Source: Eubacteriales bacterium
GTDB taxonomy: Bacteria > Bacillota > Clostridia > Oscillospirales > CAG-272
Direction of reading: 5' to 3'
Assembly: GCA_045543015.1 (NCBI GenBank)
Contig: JAZQLY010000002.1
Span: forward strand, 17,382 to 81,381
DNA length: 64,000 nt
Shown here piece by piece: positions 25,959-35,852 of this stretch; the stretch's first letter is position 1, and every line of letters starts with the position of its first letter. Under the pieces are notes generated by a model. That model worked only from the letters and a program-made list of their open reading frames with translations. It did not search any database and was not told the DNA's origin. The position numbers and the translations under genes were made by a program.

Positions 25959-28814
25959 ATGAAAAAGTTTCTAATCGTACTCTGCGCCACATTAACGGTT
26001 CTGTGCACATTTGTTCTAACGGCGTGCGACCAACAACAACCGCCCGCGCCGGACAACACGCCCGTTAAAACAGAATGTACAAATCACACCTTTGGTGAGT
26101 GGACAATCACAAAAGTTGCCACTTGCAATAACAAGGGTGAAGAAACGCGCATTTGTTCTATCTGTGAGAACAAGGAAACACGCGAGATTGCATTGATAGC
26201 CCACGCTTATGGCGAATGGGCAGCAACTACCCCCCCTACCTGTAAGGATAAAGGCGAGGAGACACGCACCTGCTCCGTGTGCGATAGCAAGGAAAGCCGT
26301 GAGGTAAACTCGACAGATCACATCCCCGGAGAGTGGACGACCATCAAGGAGCCGACTTGTACAGAAGAAGGTAGCAAGTCCTCTTCTTGTACCGTCTGTG
26401 ACGAGGTAATTGACAATAAAGCCATCCCAGCAAAAGGCCACACCCCCGGAGAGTGGACAACTACCAAAAAGCCAACTTGTACCGAAGAAGGTAGCAAGTC
26501 CTCTTCTTGTACCGTCTGCGACGAGGCAATTGACAATGAAGCCATCCCAGCAAAAGGCCACACCCCCGGAGAGTGGACTACCATCAAAGAGCCGACCTGT
26601 ACCGAAGTAGGCAGCAAGAGTTATTCTTGCAAGGTCTGCGGTACAAAAATGAAAGATGAGCCAATCTCCACGCTCGACCATACGCCAAGCGAGTGGCAGA
26701 CCACCAGTGATCCTACTTGCACCGAAGAAGGCAGCAAAAAGCAGACTTGTACCATTTGCGGCACGACTATCAAGACCGAGCCGATTCCGACCACCACGCA
26801 TAGTTATACCGAAATCATTGTTTTCCCCACCAAGACCGAGCAAGGATATACAGAACACACCTGTAGCATATGCGGCGATAGCTATAAGGATAATTTTGTT
26901 CCCGCGACAGGAAAATCTAACGGGCTTGCTTATACTGTAAATGACGATGGCACAACCTGTACCATCACCGGCATGGGAACTTGCACGGATACGGAGATTT
27001 ATATTTCTGATAGCATTGACGGTTATAAAGTAACAGCTATTGGCGATCGCGCGTTTCACCTTTGCGGTGATTTAACAGGTGTTATCATTCCTGACAATGT
27101 TATAAGCATTGGTGAATTAGCGTTCTTCGGATGCGTAAACTTAACAAGCCTCACTATCCCGGATAGTGTTACCAGCATTGGTGGCGGTGCGTTCGATGGC
27201 TGCTTACGCCTATGCAGCATCACCATCCCCAAAAGCGTTACCGAAATTGGCGTTGGCGCTTTTTCCTATTGCCGGAGCCTTTCAAGCATAACCGTATCTC
27301 CCGGGAATACCGTATATCATAGCAATGGAAATTGCATTATTAAAACAGCGACCAAGGAATTGATTACAGGATGTAAAAACAGCACCATTCCTTCAGATGG
27401 TAGTGTAACTATTATTGGCAACTGTGCTTTTGAAGGTTGTTATGACCTAATAAACATCACCATTCCCAACAGCATTACCAATATTGGCAACTGTGCGTTT
27501 ATGGATTGCGAAAGTTTAAAGAGCATTACTATTCCCAATAGCGTCACTAGTATTGATAGCTTTGCATTCTATGACTGTAAGAGCTTGGAAAGCATCGTCA
27601 TTCCCGATAACGTTATAAATATTGGCAGCGCTATTCTTTTTGGTTGTAACAATCTGACAAGCGTAACCTTGCCAATGCGTGACACTTATTTTGGTTATTT
27701 TTTTGGTGGAAGACCGTATCGAGAAAACATCAGTTGGCCGATTCCGTCTTCTTTGAAAACTGTCATTATTAACAGTGGTATGTCTATTCAAGAGGGGGCA
27801 TTTTATTCTTCTTGCGATAGCATTACCAGCATCACCATCCCCGATAGTGTGACAAGCATTGAGCGGTATGCGTTCCGCAGTTGCACGAGCCTCAGCAGCA
27901 TCACCATCCCCGATAGCATTACCAGCATTGGTGACTATGCGTTCGACGGCTGCACGAGCCTCAGCAGCATCATCATCCCCGATAGTGTTGCCAGCATTGG
28001 TTCCTCTGCGTTCTCCGATTGTACAAGCCTCAGTAGCATCACTATTCCCGATAGTGTCACTAGCATTGGTAGCTATGCGTTTGACGGCTGCACGAGTCTT
28101 GCAAGTGTAACCTTTGACAATACGTTGGGCTGGTATGTTGCTTCTTCTTCCCCTATTATGTTGCCTTTCGGAACAAACGCAACGCAAAATGTTGAGTTGA
28201 TAAATGCCTATTGTGGTTATAGCTGGCGGCAAGATCCAACGATTTTTACAGATCTTCAGTTTTCTTATGTAGTAAATAGTGATGGTGAAACTTGCACAAT
28301 CACCGGAGTGGTTGGTGCGAACGCGTATATTACTATTCCTACCAGCATTTATGGGTTTACTGTTACGGCAATTGGAGATGCCGCATTTCAAAATATGCTA
28401 ATATACAGCATTCGTATTCCCGATACGATAACTTCAATTGGCACATATGCGTTTTCTGAGTGCGCTGTACTGACTTTTGTTCGTATGCCCAGTGCGCTAG
28501 AGAAACTTGGTGAATATGCATTCTACAATTGCCGGTCAATCGAAGAATTGTACATTCCAGGAACATTAGAAACAATCACAAAAAACGCATTTGAGGGCTG
28601 CCGCAAACTGAATGCCATTACCCTCGGATACGGCATTAAGAATATAGAGGAAAAAGCGTTTAACATTTGTTTTAATCTCCGCCAGGTCTTCTACACCGGT
28701 ACGACCGAAGACTGGCTGACGATCAACTTTGCAGACGGCAACAGGATGCTGCGTGACCGCGTTCACTTTACCGAATGGGAATACGAAAACGAACCATATG
28801 AATTGGATGAATAA
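25959..28814 (+). CDS. Surface lipoprotein: 7 His/Cys3 40-aa modules plus BspA-type leucine-rich repeats (951 aa)
   Basis: Lipobox VLTAC. Repeated HxxGEWxxxxxPTCxxxGxxxxxCxxC modules. Then about 20 copies of the 23-aa LxSIxIPxSVTSIGxxAFxxCxx repeat (LRR_5/BspA-like). Confidence 0.85.
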   Translation: MKKFLIVLCATLTVLCTFVLTACDQQQPPAPDNTPVKTECTNHTFGEWTITKVATCNNKGEETRICSICENKETREIALIAHAYGEWAATTPPTCKDKGEETRTCSVCDSKESREVNSTDHIPGEWTTIKEPTCTEEGSKSSSCTVCDEVIDNKAIPAKGHTPGEWTTTKKPTCTEEGSKSSSCTVCDEAIDNEAIPAKGHTPGEWTTIKEPTCTEVGSKSYSCKVCGTKMKDEPISTLDHTPSEWQTTSDPTCTEEGSKKQTCTICGTTIKTEPIPTTTHSYTEIIVFPTKTEQGYTEHTCSICGDSYKDNFVPATGKSNGLAYTVNDDGTTCTITGMGTCTDTEIYISDSIDGYKVTAIGDRAFHLCGDLTGVIIPDNVISIGELAFFGCVNLTSLTIPDSVTSIGGGAFDGCLRLCSITIPKSVTEIGVGAFSYCRSLSSITVSPGNTVYHSNGNCIIKTATKELITGCKNSTIPSDGSVTIIGNCAFEGCYDLINITIPNSITNIGNCAFMDCESLKSITIPNSVTSIDSFAFYDCKSLESIVIPDNVINIGSAILFGCNNLTSVTLPMRDTYFGYFFGGRPYRENISWPIPSSLKTVIINSGMSIQEGAFYSSCDSITSITIPDSVTSIERYAFRSCTSLSSITIPDSITSIGDYAFDGCTSLSSIIIPDSVASIGSSAFSDCTSLSSITIPDSVTSIGSYAFDGCTSLASVTFDNTLGWYVASSSPIMLPFGTNATQNVELINAYCGYSWRQDPTIFTDLQFSYVVNSDGETCTITGVVGANAYITIPTSIYGFTVTAIGDAAFQNMLIYSIRIPDTITSIGTYAFSECAVLTFVRMPSALEKLGEYAFYNCRSIEELYIPGTLETITKNAFEGCRKLNAITLGYGIKNIEEKAFNICFNLRQVFYTGTTEDWLTINFADGNRMLRDRVHFTEWEYENEPYELDE
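26073..26913 (+). repeat. In-frame tandem coding repeats, period 120 bp (about 7 modules; core 26319-26798)
   Basis: Copies at 26319, 26439, 26559 and 26679 are exactly 120 bp apart. The first two are about 90 percent identical at the DNA level by eye. Confidence 0.9.
27820..28105 (+). repeat. In-frame tandem repeats, period 69 bp (4 near-identical LRR units)
   Basis: AGCATCACCATCCCCGATAG..GCACGAGCCTCAGC recurs every 69 bp (SLSSITIPDSxTSIGxYAFDGCT). Confidence 0.85.
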
Positions 28815-28835
28815 TACGTTATAATTACAGGGAAT

Positions 28836-28868
28836 CCCCCCCGCCGTGTCTAAGACACGGCGGGGGGG
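28836..28868. terminator. 15-bp GC-rich hairpin between convergent genes
   Basis: CCCCCCCGCCGTGTC, loop TAA, GACACGGCGGGGGGG. No clear U-tract on either strand. Confidence 0.6.
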
Positions 28869-28883
28869 CTGTTCATATGCGGT

Positions 28884-29879
28884 TTAATCAATATCCTCCA
28901 CCACGGTTTCGGGCGGAGTTTCCAGGCAACGGGGGTTTTTGATGATGTGCAGCAGATTTTTGAATGCAGAGGCGTAGTAGTAGCCGTCGCAAATACGCTC
29001 GTCCGTCACCACACGGAGGCCGACAAAATGACGCTTATGGGCGTTCCCTTCTTCATCTATAATATATCTCGTGTACTTTTTACCGTAGGAGAGGAAGATG
29101 GGGAGATTGCCAAAGTCATAGAGGTGATGATAAATAGGGCCGATTCCGAGCGAGCCCATGCTGGTAATGACCATAGAGCCGTGGAACGGGCTTACCTTGG
29201 TCAGGGCGCGTGGCAGGAGGCCGATATAATCTAAGCCGCGCAGGAAATTGATGGCAAACTTCATCAAAAAGCCGGGAATAAGGTTGACCAGCTTGGCCGT
29301 CTTATCAAAGCTGGTGTCCGAGCCGTCTCCAATGGCCGCCAGGGCGACGGCGTTCCATTTTTCATAGATATCAAAAACGGTATCGGTCGGCTCAAATACG
29401 CACTTCATGGTGGTATCCGGCGCGGTGGTAGACATCTTCTTTTTGATGGTCATAACCACCTCAATATTGTTGCGGGCAAAGACCTTGTTGCCGGCAATAA
29501 AACGGTTAATGCCGGGACGCTGCGATACCGTGCGCACGTAGGCGGCAATTAAAATATGCAAAAGACCGATATTCTTATACCCACGGGCACGCAGCTCACG
29601 AATATAAGGCTCTATATCGGTAATGTCGATCTCGTCCTCAAAGTGGTTTTGCGAATCCGAACGGATCTTCATGATATACGGCGAAATACGCGCGGCCGGC
29701 TCCAGCGTGCGCAGCTTGCGGCCGTCTGCGCGGTCACCAAGACGGCGGCGGCGCTTTTTCTTTTTGTCCTTTTTCTTGCTTTTCTTTACTTCTGCTTCCT
29801 GTGCTATTTCCTTTGCTTCGGGGGTACCGGTTAATTCTTCTGTCGCGGTTGCACTTGAGCCTGTGATCTGTTCTTCCAT
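28884..29879 (-). CDS. 2-oxoacid dehydrogenase E2/CAT-fold acyltransferase-like protein lacking a lipoyl domain, with polybasic N-terminus
   Basis: The C-terminal VVTDERICDGYYYASAF resembles the DHRxxDG active-site motif, with Glu where His is expected. N-terminus carries KKSKKKDKKKKRRRR. Confidence 0.6.
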   Translation of the reverse strand: MEEQITGSSATATEELTGTPEAKEIAQEAEVKKSKKKDKKKKRRRRLGDRADGRKLRTLEPAARISPYIMKIRSDSQNHFEDEIDITDIEPYIRELRARGYKNIGLLHILIAAYVRTVSQRPGINRFIAGNKVFARNNIEVVMTIKKKMSTTAPDTTMKCVFEPTDTVFDIYEKWNAVALAAIGDGSDTSFDKTAKLVNLIPGFLMKFAINFLRGLDYIGLLPRALTKVSPFHGSMVITSMGSLGIGPIYHHLYDFGNLPIFLSYGKKYTRYIIDEEGNAHKRHFVGLRVVTDERICDGYYYASAFKNLLHIIKNPRCLETPPETVVEDID

Positions 29880-29923
29880 GGCTTTGCGTTATCCTCCGTT
29901 ATGTACAGAAATATGGACATTTT

Positions 29924-29952
29924 ATTATAACACATTCTTCACATTTTGTCAA
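29924..29952 (-). promoter_or_regulatory. Consensus SigA promoter of the E2-like gene
   Basis: Minus strand reads TTGACA, 17-nt spacer, TG-t-TATAAT. Confidence 0.75.
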
Positions 29953-29970
29953 CACTTTTGTAAAACAGCA

Positions 29971-29998
29971 AAGCCGCCGTATAGCAACGGCGGCTTTT
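29971..29998. terminator. Terminator at the end of the glycogen operon
   Basis: 10-bp stem AAGCCGCCGT/ACGGCGGCTT. Confidence 0.75.
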
Positions 29999-30006
29999 AT
30001 CTTTTT

Positions 30007-31938
30007 TTATTGGTCAACCAACCGCAGCAAGCGGAAGGAAAGCGGCGGGAGGTACACGTCCCCCGTCACGGTTTCATCGGTATACAAATCGCGGTAGCAG
30101 CCGGAAAGCGGATAGCTCACACTCTCGGCGCCGCTATTGGCCATATAGAGGATCTTCCCGTTCTCGCCCGCATCCCGCTCGATAAGCAAAAGCGGGCCTT
30201 TTGCTGCCAAAACACGGTAATACCCGTGCGTCAGCACGTCAGCGGCGGCGGTACGGATCTCACCGGTCTGCCGGTAGAAGGACAAAATTGCCTCATTTTC
30301 CCGCCCCCACGGATAGGTACGGCGGTTGAAGGGATCCTTTGCCCCCTCCATGCCTGCCTCGTCACCGTAATAGATGCAAGGAATACCGGGCATCACCGAA
30401 AGAAGCGACCATGCCATGCGCAAGCGTTGCTCGGCCTGTTCGCTTTCTGCCGGTGTCAGGCGGACGGCTTTCATTTCCTCATACGAGAGGCCGGAAAGAT
30501 CGCGCCCGCCAAGCACGGTCAAAATACGCTCGGTATCGTGCGTGCCAAGCAGGTTCATCAGCGCCTCACTGACAAAGCGCGGATAATGCGAATAAACGGT
30601 GCGGGTAACGCGTGAAAACTCCTCTGCCTCGCCATGCAGCAAATAATGCACGATGGCGTTTTTGAGCGGATAGTTCATCACCGAATCCAGCTCGCACCCG
30701 CGGAAGTAGTGACGGCGCTTATCATAGGCGATCTTATTGCTGGCATCCTCCCACACCTCGCCGATCACGGCGGTCTCGGGGGATGATTTTTTGATCTGCT
30801 TGCGAATATCCCGCAAAAGCTTGACGTTCAGCTCGTCTGCCACGTCCAGGCGGAAGCCGGAGGCACCGCCCTGCATATAGGTGTCGATCACGCCGCCATC
30901 CCCCGCTATAAAGCGAATATAGGAGGGATCGGCCGAATTGACGGTAGGCAGGATCTTGACGCCCCACCAGCAGAGATATTCGTCCGGGTGACTATAAAAC
31001 CGATACCACGGATAGTAGACGGAATCCTTGGATTGATACGCGCCAAGCCCGTCATACCGCCCATCCATGTTAAAATAACGGCTGATCGCGCCGGTATGAT
31101 TGAAAACGCCGTCCAACAAAACGTGGATGCCGTTTTCCTTTGCCTCGACAATCAGACGGTCAAAGGCCGATCTGCCACCAAACATCTCGTCAATTTGCAT
31201 GTAATCGGCCGTGTCGTATTTATGGTTGGAGTATGCCTCAAAAATAGGACACAGGTACAAGACCGTCACACCAAGAGACTTGAGATAGGGCAGCTTTTTT
31301 CGCACACCGTCCAGGTCGCCACCGTAAAAAAGATTGTTTTTCAGCGGCGCCCCGGGATAGGCGGGGTACTGCGTGATCTCTGCCCCCCACTCCTCTGCCA
31401 TTTCTACGTCCGCGCGGGGTGAAGCGTTCCCACCGCGATAGAAACGGTCAACGAAGATCTGATACATTACGCCTTTTTTCAAAAAAGCGGGGGTCTGATA
31501 GTCATCACGGTAGATGAGCAGCTGATAAGCAGAGGCATATGCTTCATCCTCTGTGAACCACGCATTCTGCTCAATATCCTCACCGTGGGAATACAGGCGG
31601 CCGTATACGGTATCTGCCACCAGGTGATAGAAGAATAGGCCGTCCTCCTGCGCACCGCACAGCGAAGCGGCTGTGACGGTGGCAGAAAAGCGGTCATAGG
31701 CGGTAGGCACCTGCTCTTCTACCCGTGAAAGCGGGATCTCTGTCACGCGGCCGTCATCATCTGACCGAAAACGCAAAAATACATTTTCGGTCAGAAAAGC
31801 ACGGTCGATCAGAGCGGTAAAGGTCAATATCTCCTTACGCGGGAACGCAGAAAACAGTTCTGCATGCGCCTCTGTCAGCGCTTTTTTCTCCAAGCGGAGC
31901 GGCGCGGGAATATCGCGAAAATTTGAATAAGCAAGCAT
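30007..31938 (-). CDS. GH13 alpha-glucosidase/neopullulanase-like enzyme
   Basis: GH13 regions DGVFNH, GFRLDVADE, EVWED and LLGTHDTER. Confidence 0.85.
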   Translation of the reverse strand: MLAYSNFRDIPAPLRLEKKALTEAHAELFSAFPRKEILTFTALIDRAFLTENVFLRFRSDDDGRVTEIPLSRVEEQVPTAYDRFSATVTAASLCGAQEDGLFFYHLVADTVYGRLYSHGEDIEQNAWFTEDEAYASAYQLLIYRDDYQTPAFLKKGVMYQIFVDRFYRGGNASPRADVEMAEEWGAEITQYPAYPGAPLKNNLFYGGDLDGVRKKLPYLKSLGVTVLYLCPIFEAYSNHKYDTADYMQIDEMFGGRSAFDRLIVEAKENGIHVLLDGVFNHTGAISRYFNMDGRYDGLGAYQSKDSVYYPWYRFYSHPDEYLCWWGVKILPTVNSADPSYIRFIAGDGGVIDTYMQGGASGFRLDVADELNVKLLRDIRKQIKKSSPETAVIGEVWEDASNKIAYDKRRHYFRGCELDSVMNYPLKNAIVHYLLHGEAEEFSRVTRTVYSHYPRFVSEALMNLLGTHDTERILTVLGGRDLSGLSYEEMKAVRLTPAESEQAEQRLRMAWSLLSVMPGIPCIYYGDEAGMEGAKDPFNRRTYPWGRENEAILSFYRQTGEIRTAAADVLTHGYYRVLAAKGPLLLIERDAGENGKILYMANSGAESVSYPLSGCYRDLYTDETVTGDVYLPPLSFRLLRLVDQ

Positions 31939-31946
31939 GTTATTCC

Positions 31947-34385
31947 TTACGGGTTGTTCTTTTCCAGAATGCTGCGGATGTTCCAGATGTTATCCGCATA
32001 CTCACGAATACTGCGGTCAGCGGCAAAAATACCGGCAGCAGCAATATTCTTCAAAGACATGCGATTCCAGCGCATGGGATCGGCATAGTCACGGCAGGCA
32101 CGCTCATGTGCGCGGTAATAGGAATCAAAATCAGCCAGGCACATATAGGGGTCAGGCACACCGGCCCCCATAACGAGATAGTTAGAAAATTCCGAGAACG
32201 ATTGGCCGTTAAAGCCCATGGTGAGCGTGTCGATCGTCTCCTTGATCTTGGGATTGGCGTTATAATAGTTGGCAGATACATAGCCATGCCGCCAGAGATC
32301 GTCAACCTCCTCGGTCGTGAGGCCGAAGAGATACATATTCTCATCGCCAACTGCCTCGTGGATCTCCACGTTGGCACCGTCCAGCGTTCCGATGGTGAGC
32401 GCACCGTTGATCATCAGCTTCATGTTGCTGGTGCCACTGGCCTCTTTGCCGGCAAGCGAGATCTGCTCACTCAGCTCGGCGGCAGGGATCAGCATTTCGG
32501 CAACGCTGACGTTGTAATCCTCCATAAAGACAACGCGGATCTTCTCACGGATGCGCGGATCCTTTTCGATCTCGGCGCTGATGTTGCAGATGAGATTGAT
32601 GATCTGCTTGGCCATATAATAGCCGGGGGCAGCCTTCGCGCCGAAGATAAACGTCTGCGGCGGGATATCCAGCGCCGGATTCTCACGAAGATCGTGATAC
32701 AGCGAAACGATGCGAAGCACGTTCAACAGCTGCCGCTTATATTCGTGCATGCGCTTGATCTGCACGTCAAAGAAGGAGTCAGGATCGATCCGAACACCGT
32801 TGCGACGGTATGCATAGTGTGCAAAACGCTCTTTGTTGTGCCGTTTGATCTCTGCAAGGCGCGAAAGAACAGCCTCGTCATTCTCAAACTTGGCAAAATC
32901 AGCAAGGCGCTCCGGCTCCTTCTTAAAGGAATCGCCAATGCATTCGCAAAGCAACGAGGAAAGCTCCGGGTTGGAGTAGCACAGCCAGCGGCGATGTGCT
33001 ACACCGTTGGTAACGTTGGTAAACTTCTCCGGCTCGTAATGGTAGAAATCGGAAAAGATCGTCTTTTTCAGAATGTCTGAATGCAGGCGGGACACGCCGT
33101 TTACCGCGTGCGAGCCGACGATAGAGAGGTTTGCCATGCGCACAGAGCCGTGGTGAAGCACAGACATGCGGGAGATGCGATCCCAATCGCCGGGATAGCG
33201 GTTCCACAGATCGGCGCAGAAGCGACGGTTGATCTCGCAGATGATCGTATAAATGCGAGGCAAACGAAGGCGGAAGAGATCCTCGTTCCACATTTCCAGT
33301 GCCTCCGGCATAACGGTGTGGTTGGTGTAAGAAACGGTACGCAGTACCATATCCCACGCCTCCTCCCACGCAAGACCATGCTCATCAACGAACAGGCGCA
33401 TCAGCTCCGGCACGGCAAGTGCGGGGTGCGTATCGTTGATGTGGATGGCAACCTTATCCGGGAAGTTGTCAAGCCGGTTGTAGGTCTTCAGGTGGTCGGC
33501 AATAATGCTCTGCAGCGAAGCAGATACCAGGAAATACTGCTGGCTGAGGCGGAGCAGCTTACCCTCGGTATGATTGTCTGCCGGATAGAGGACCTTGGAG
33601 ATCACGTCTGCATTGTTGCTTTCCTGCATGGCGCGAACATACTCGCCCTGCGAGAAAAGCTTCATGTTAAAGTTGGTAATGTTGCGTGCCTTGAACAGAC
33701 GCAGGCTGTTGACGGCTTCACTGTCCGCGCCGGAGATCATCATGTCATAGGGGACTGCCTGCACCTCCTCGTAATCTACATAATCGATATGCAGGCGGCC
33801 ATTCTCCCAACGTTCCTTTATACGGCCGCCAAAGCGGACGGCACAAGCCTTATCTGTGCGCGGAACAAGCCAAGCATCGCCACCGGGCATCCAGATATCG
33901 GGCAATTCAACCTGATTCCCGTCCACGATCTTTTGCTTGAAAAAGCCGTATTCATAAAGAATGGAAAAACCGGTAGCGGAATAATCCAGCGTGGTGAGCG
34001 AATCCATAAAGCAGGCGGCAAGACGGCCAAGACCACCGTTGCCAAGACCGGGATCCGGCTCAAAGACGTAGAGAGCATCTAAGGACTGCCCCATCTCCTC
34101 AACCAGCTCACGCATTGCCGTATCAATACCAAGATTGCAGAGATTGTTTTTGAGCGAACGGCCGATCAAAAATTCCATGCAAAGGTAGTAGATCTTTTTT
34201 GCACCTTGCTTTTTAACATTGATCTTAAAATCTGCTCTTTTCTGCGTTAAAATATCCTTTACAACAAGTATAACAGATTTATAGGTCTGTTCCGCGCTTG
34301 CCTCCTCCGGCGTGACGCCAAAGTAGCGAGACAGCTTGCTGTTTAGCATTTGCTTCAATTCTTGCTTATCGGGTAAATTTCTCAT
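31947..34385 (-). CDS. glgP: Glycogen/maltodextrin phosphorylase
   Basis: EASGTSNMK pyridoxal-phosphate motif; 812 aa. Confidence 0.95.
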   Translation of the reverse strand: MRNLPDKQELKQMLNSKLSRYFGVTPEEASAEQTYKSVILVVKDILTQKRADFKINVKKQGAKKIYYLCMEFLIGRSLKNNLCNLGIDTAMRELVEEMGQSLDALYVFEPDPGLGNGGLGRLAACFMDSLTTLDYSATGFSILYEYGFFKQKIVDGNQVELPDIWMPGGDAWLVPRTDKACAVRFGGRIKERWENGRLHIDYVDYEEVQAVPYDMMISGADSEAVNSLRLFKARNITNFNMKLFSQGEYVRAMQESNNADVISKVLYPADNHTEGKLLRLSQQYFLVSASLQSIIADHLKTYNRLDNFPDKVAIHINDTHPALAVPELMRLFVDEHGLAWEEAWDMVLRTVSYTNHTVMPEALEMWNEDLFRLRLPRIYTIICEINRRFCADLWNRYPGDWDRISRMSVLHHGSVRMANLSIVGSHAVNGVSRLHSDILKKTIFSDFYHYEPEKFTNVTNGVAHRRWLCYSNPELSSLLCECIGDSFKKEPERLADFAKFENDEAVLSRLAEIKRHNKERFAHYAYRRNGVRIDPDSFFDVQIKRMHEYKRQLLNVLRIVSLYHDLRENPALDIPPQTFIFGAKAAPGYYMAKQIINLICNISAEIEKDPRIREKIRVVFMEDYNVSVAEMLIPAAELSEQISLAGKEASGTSNMKLMINGALTIGTLDGANVEIHEAVGDENMYLFGLTTEEVDDLWRHGYVSANYYNANPKIKETIDTLTMGFNGQSFSEFSNYLVMGAGVPDPYMCLADFDSYYRAHERACRDYADPMRWNRMSLKNIAAAGIFAADRSIREYADNIWNIRSILEKNNP

Positions 34386-34407
34386 TCTTTAATTTCCTTT
34401 GCGTAGA

Positions 34408-35832
34408 TTATAGAGTATTGAAAATTCCAAGATATCCCTTGGCGGAGGCGTCCCATGAAAAATCATGAGTCATTGCATTATGTGTCAGTTTTTCCCAATG
34501 TGTGCCATCCTCATACAAGCGCACAGCGCGGCTGACGGCATCCATCATATCATGGGCGTTATACGAGGCAAACGTAATACCGTTCCCCTCTCCCGTTTCG
34601 GGGTTAAAGGGCTTGATGGTATCATAAAGCCCGCCGACCTCGCGCACCACGGGAACCGCACCATATACGCTGGCAATCATCTGCGACAGGCCACAGGGCT
34701 CACTCTTGGACGGCATCAAGAAAATGTCTGCCCCGGCATAGATCTGCTTGGAGAGTGCCTTGTTGAAGGCCAATACCACGCCGACCTTGGAAGGATAACG
34801 GTTGGCAAGGTCTGTAAAATACTCCTCAAGCGATGACTCGCCCGTTCCCAGCAGAACGAACTGGATATTCCATTGCAGCATTTCCTCCAGTACGTGACGC
34901 ACAAGATCAAAGCCCTTGTGGGACGCAAGGCGGGAGACCATGGCAACGATCGGCGTATCCGGCGATTCCGGCAAGCCGAGGATGCGCTGCAGCTCCAATT
35001 TGTTTTCTGCCTTCCCTGCGCGGTCGTCAGCCCCGTAGGCGAACTTAATATCCGGGTCTGCAGAGGGATTATAATATTGCAGGTCAATACCGTTGACGAT
35101 GCCGCAGGTCTTATCTGCATGCTGGCAAATGATGTCTGAAAGCCGACCGCTGAAATACGGCGAGCGAAGCTCCTCTGCATAGCGATTGCTGACCGTGGTC
35201 AAGCGGTCGCAGCAGACGATGGCGGCCTTGGTCAGATTGATGCAGCCGTCAAATTCCACCACGTTGCGTGCCGAATCGGGAAGGTCAAATACGTCCCCTA
35301 ATATCGACAGGTCATAAATACCTTGATAATCAATATTATGAATCGTATAAACGGTTTTTATGTCAGCAAAACGCGGGTCCATATGATATTTTTGCCGCAA
35401 ATATACAACGCTCAAGGCTGCTTGCCAGTCGTTTGCGTGCAAAACGTCCGGGAAGAAGTCGAGGATCGGCATCATATCCAGCACCGCATGGCTGAAGAAC
35501 GCAAAGCGCTCACCATCGTCATACTGGCCGTAAAGTGCCGGACGCTTGAAGTAATATTCATTATCCAAGAAATAGTAGGTCGCGTTTCCCTGCTTAAGCT
35601 CATATACGCCGCAATACTGTCTGCGCCAGGAAAGATGCACGGTAAACTCACACACCTTTTTCATCTGTGAGCGGTAGGCAGGAGATACCGCAGCATATAA
35701 CGGCATGACCGCACGAACGTCAACGTCCTCCTGCGCTGCCAGGGCTGCCGGCAACGAGCCCATTACATCACCAAGTCCACCGGTAGAGGCAAACGGAACC
35801 GCCTCTGCACCGACGATCAAAATCTTTTTCAT
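34408..35832 (-). CDS. glgA: Glycogen synthase (ADP-glucose type)
   Basis: N-terminal KTGGLGDV-like motif (STGGLGDV); 474 aa. Confidence 0.95.
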   Translation of the reverse strand: MKKILIVGAEAVPFASTGGLGDVMGSLPAALAAQEDVDVRAVMPLYAAVSPAYRSQMKKVCEFTVHLSWRRQYCGVYELKQGNATYYFLDNEYYFKRPALYGQYDDGERFAFFSHAVLDMMPILDFFPDVLHANDWQAALSVVYLRQKYHMDPRFADIKTVYTIHNIDYQGIYDLSILGDVFDLPDSARNVVEFDGCINLTKAAIVCCDRLTTVSNRYAEELRSPYFSGRLSDIICQHADKTCGIVNGIDLQYYNPSADPDIKFAYGADDRAGKAENKLELQRILGLPESPDTPIVAMVSRLASHKGFDLVRHVLEEMLQWNIQFVLLGTGESSLEEYFTDLANRYPSKVGVVLAFNKALSKQIYAGADIFLMPSKSEPCGLSQMIASVYGAVPVVREVGGLYDTIKPFNPETGEGNGITFASYNAHDMMDAVSRAVRLYEDGTHWEKLTHNAMTHDFSWDASAKGYLGIFNTL

Positions 35833-35852
35833 GGCATTCTCCTTTCCTGGTG

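Noticed and set aside
26319-28105. Regular DNA repeats that could suggest a CRISPR or other non-coding array
   Set aside because: The repeats are contiguous with no spacers. Their periods are multiples of 3 (120 and 69 bp), and they sit in-frame within a single long ORF.
26016-28391. 347-aa and 291-aa minus-strand ORFs inside the LRR lipoprotein gene
   Set aside because: Antisense to a gene with a lipobox, promoter and in-frame repeats. The repeat periodicity is only meaningful in the plus frame.
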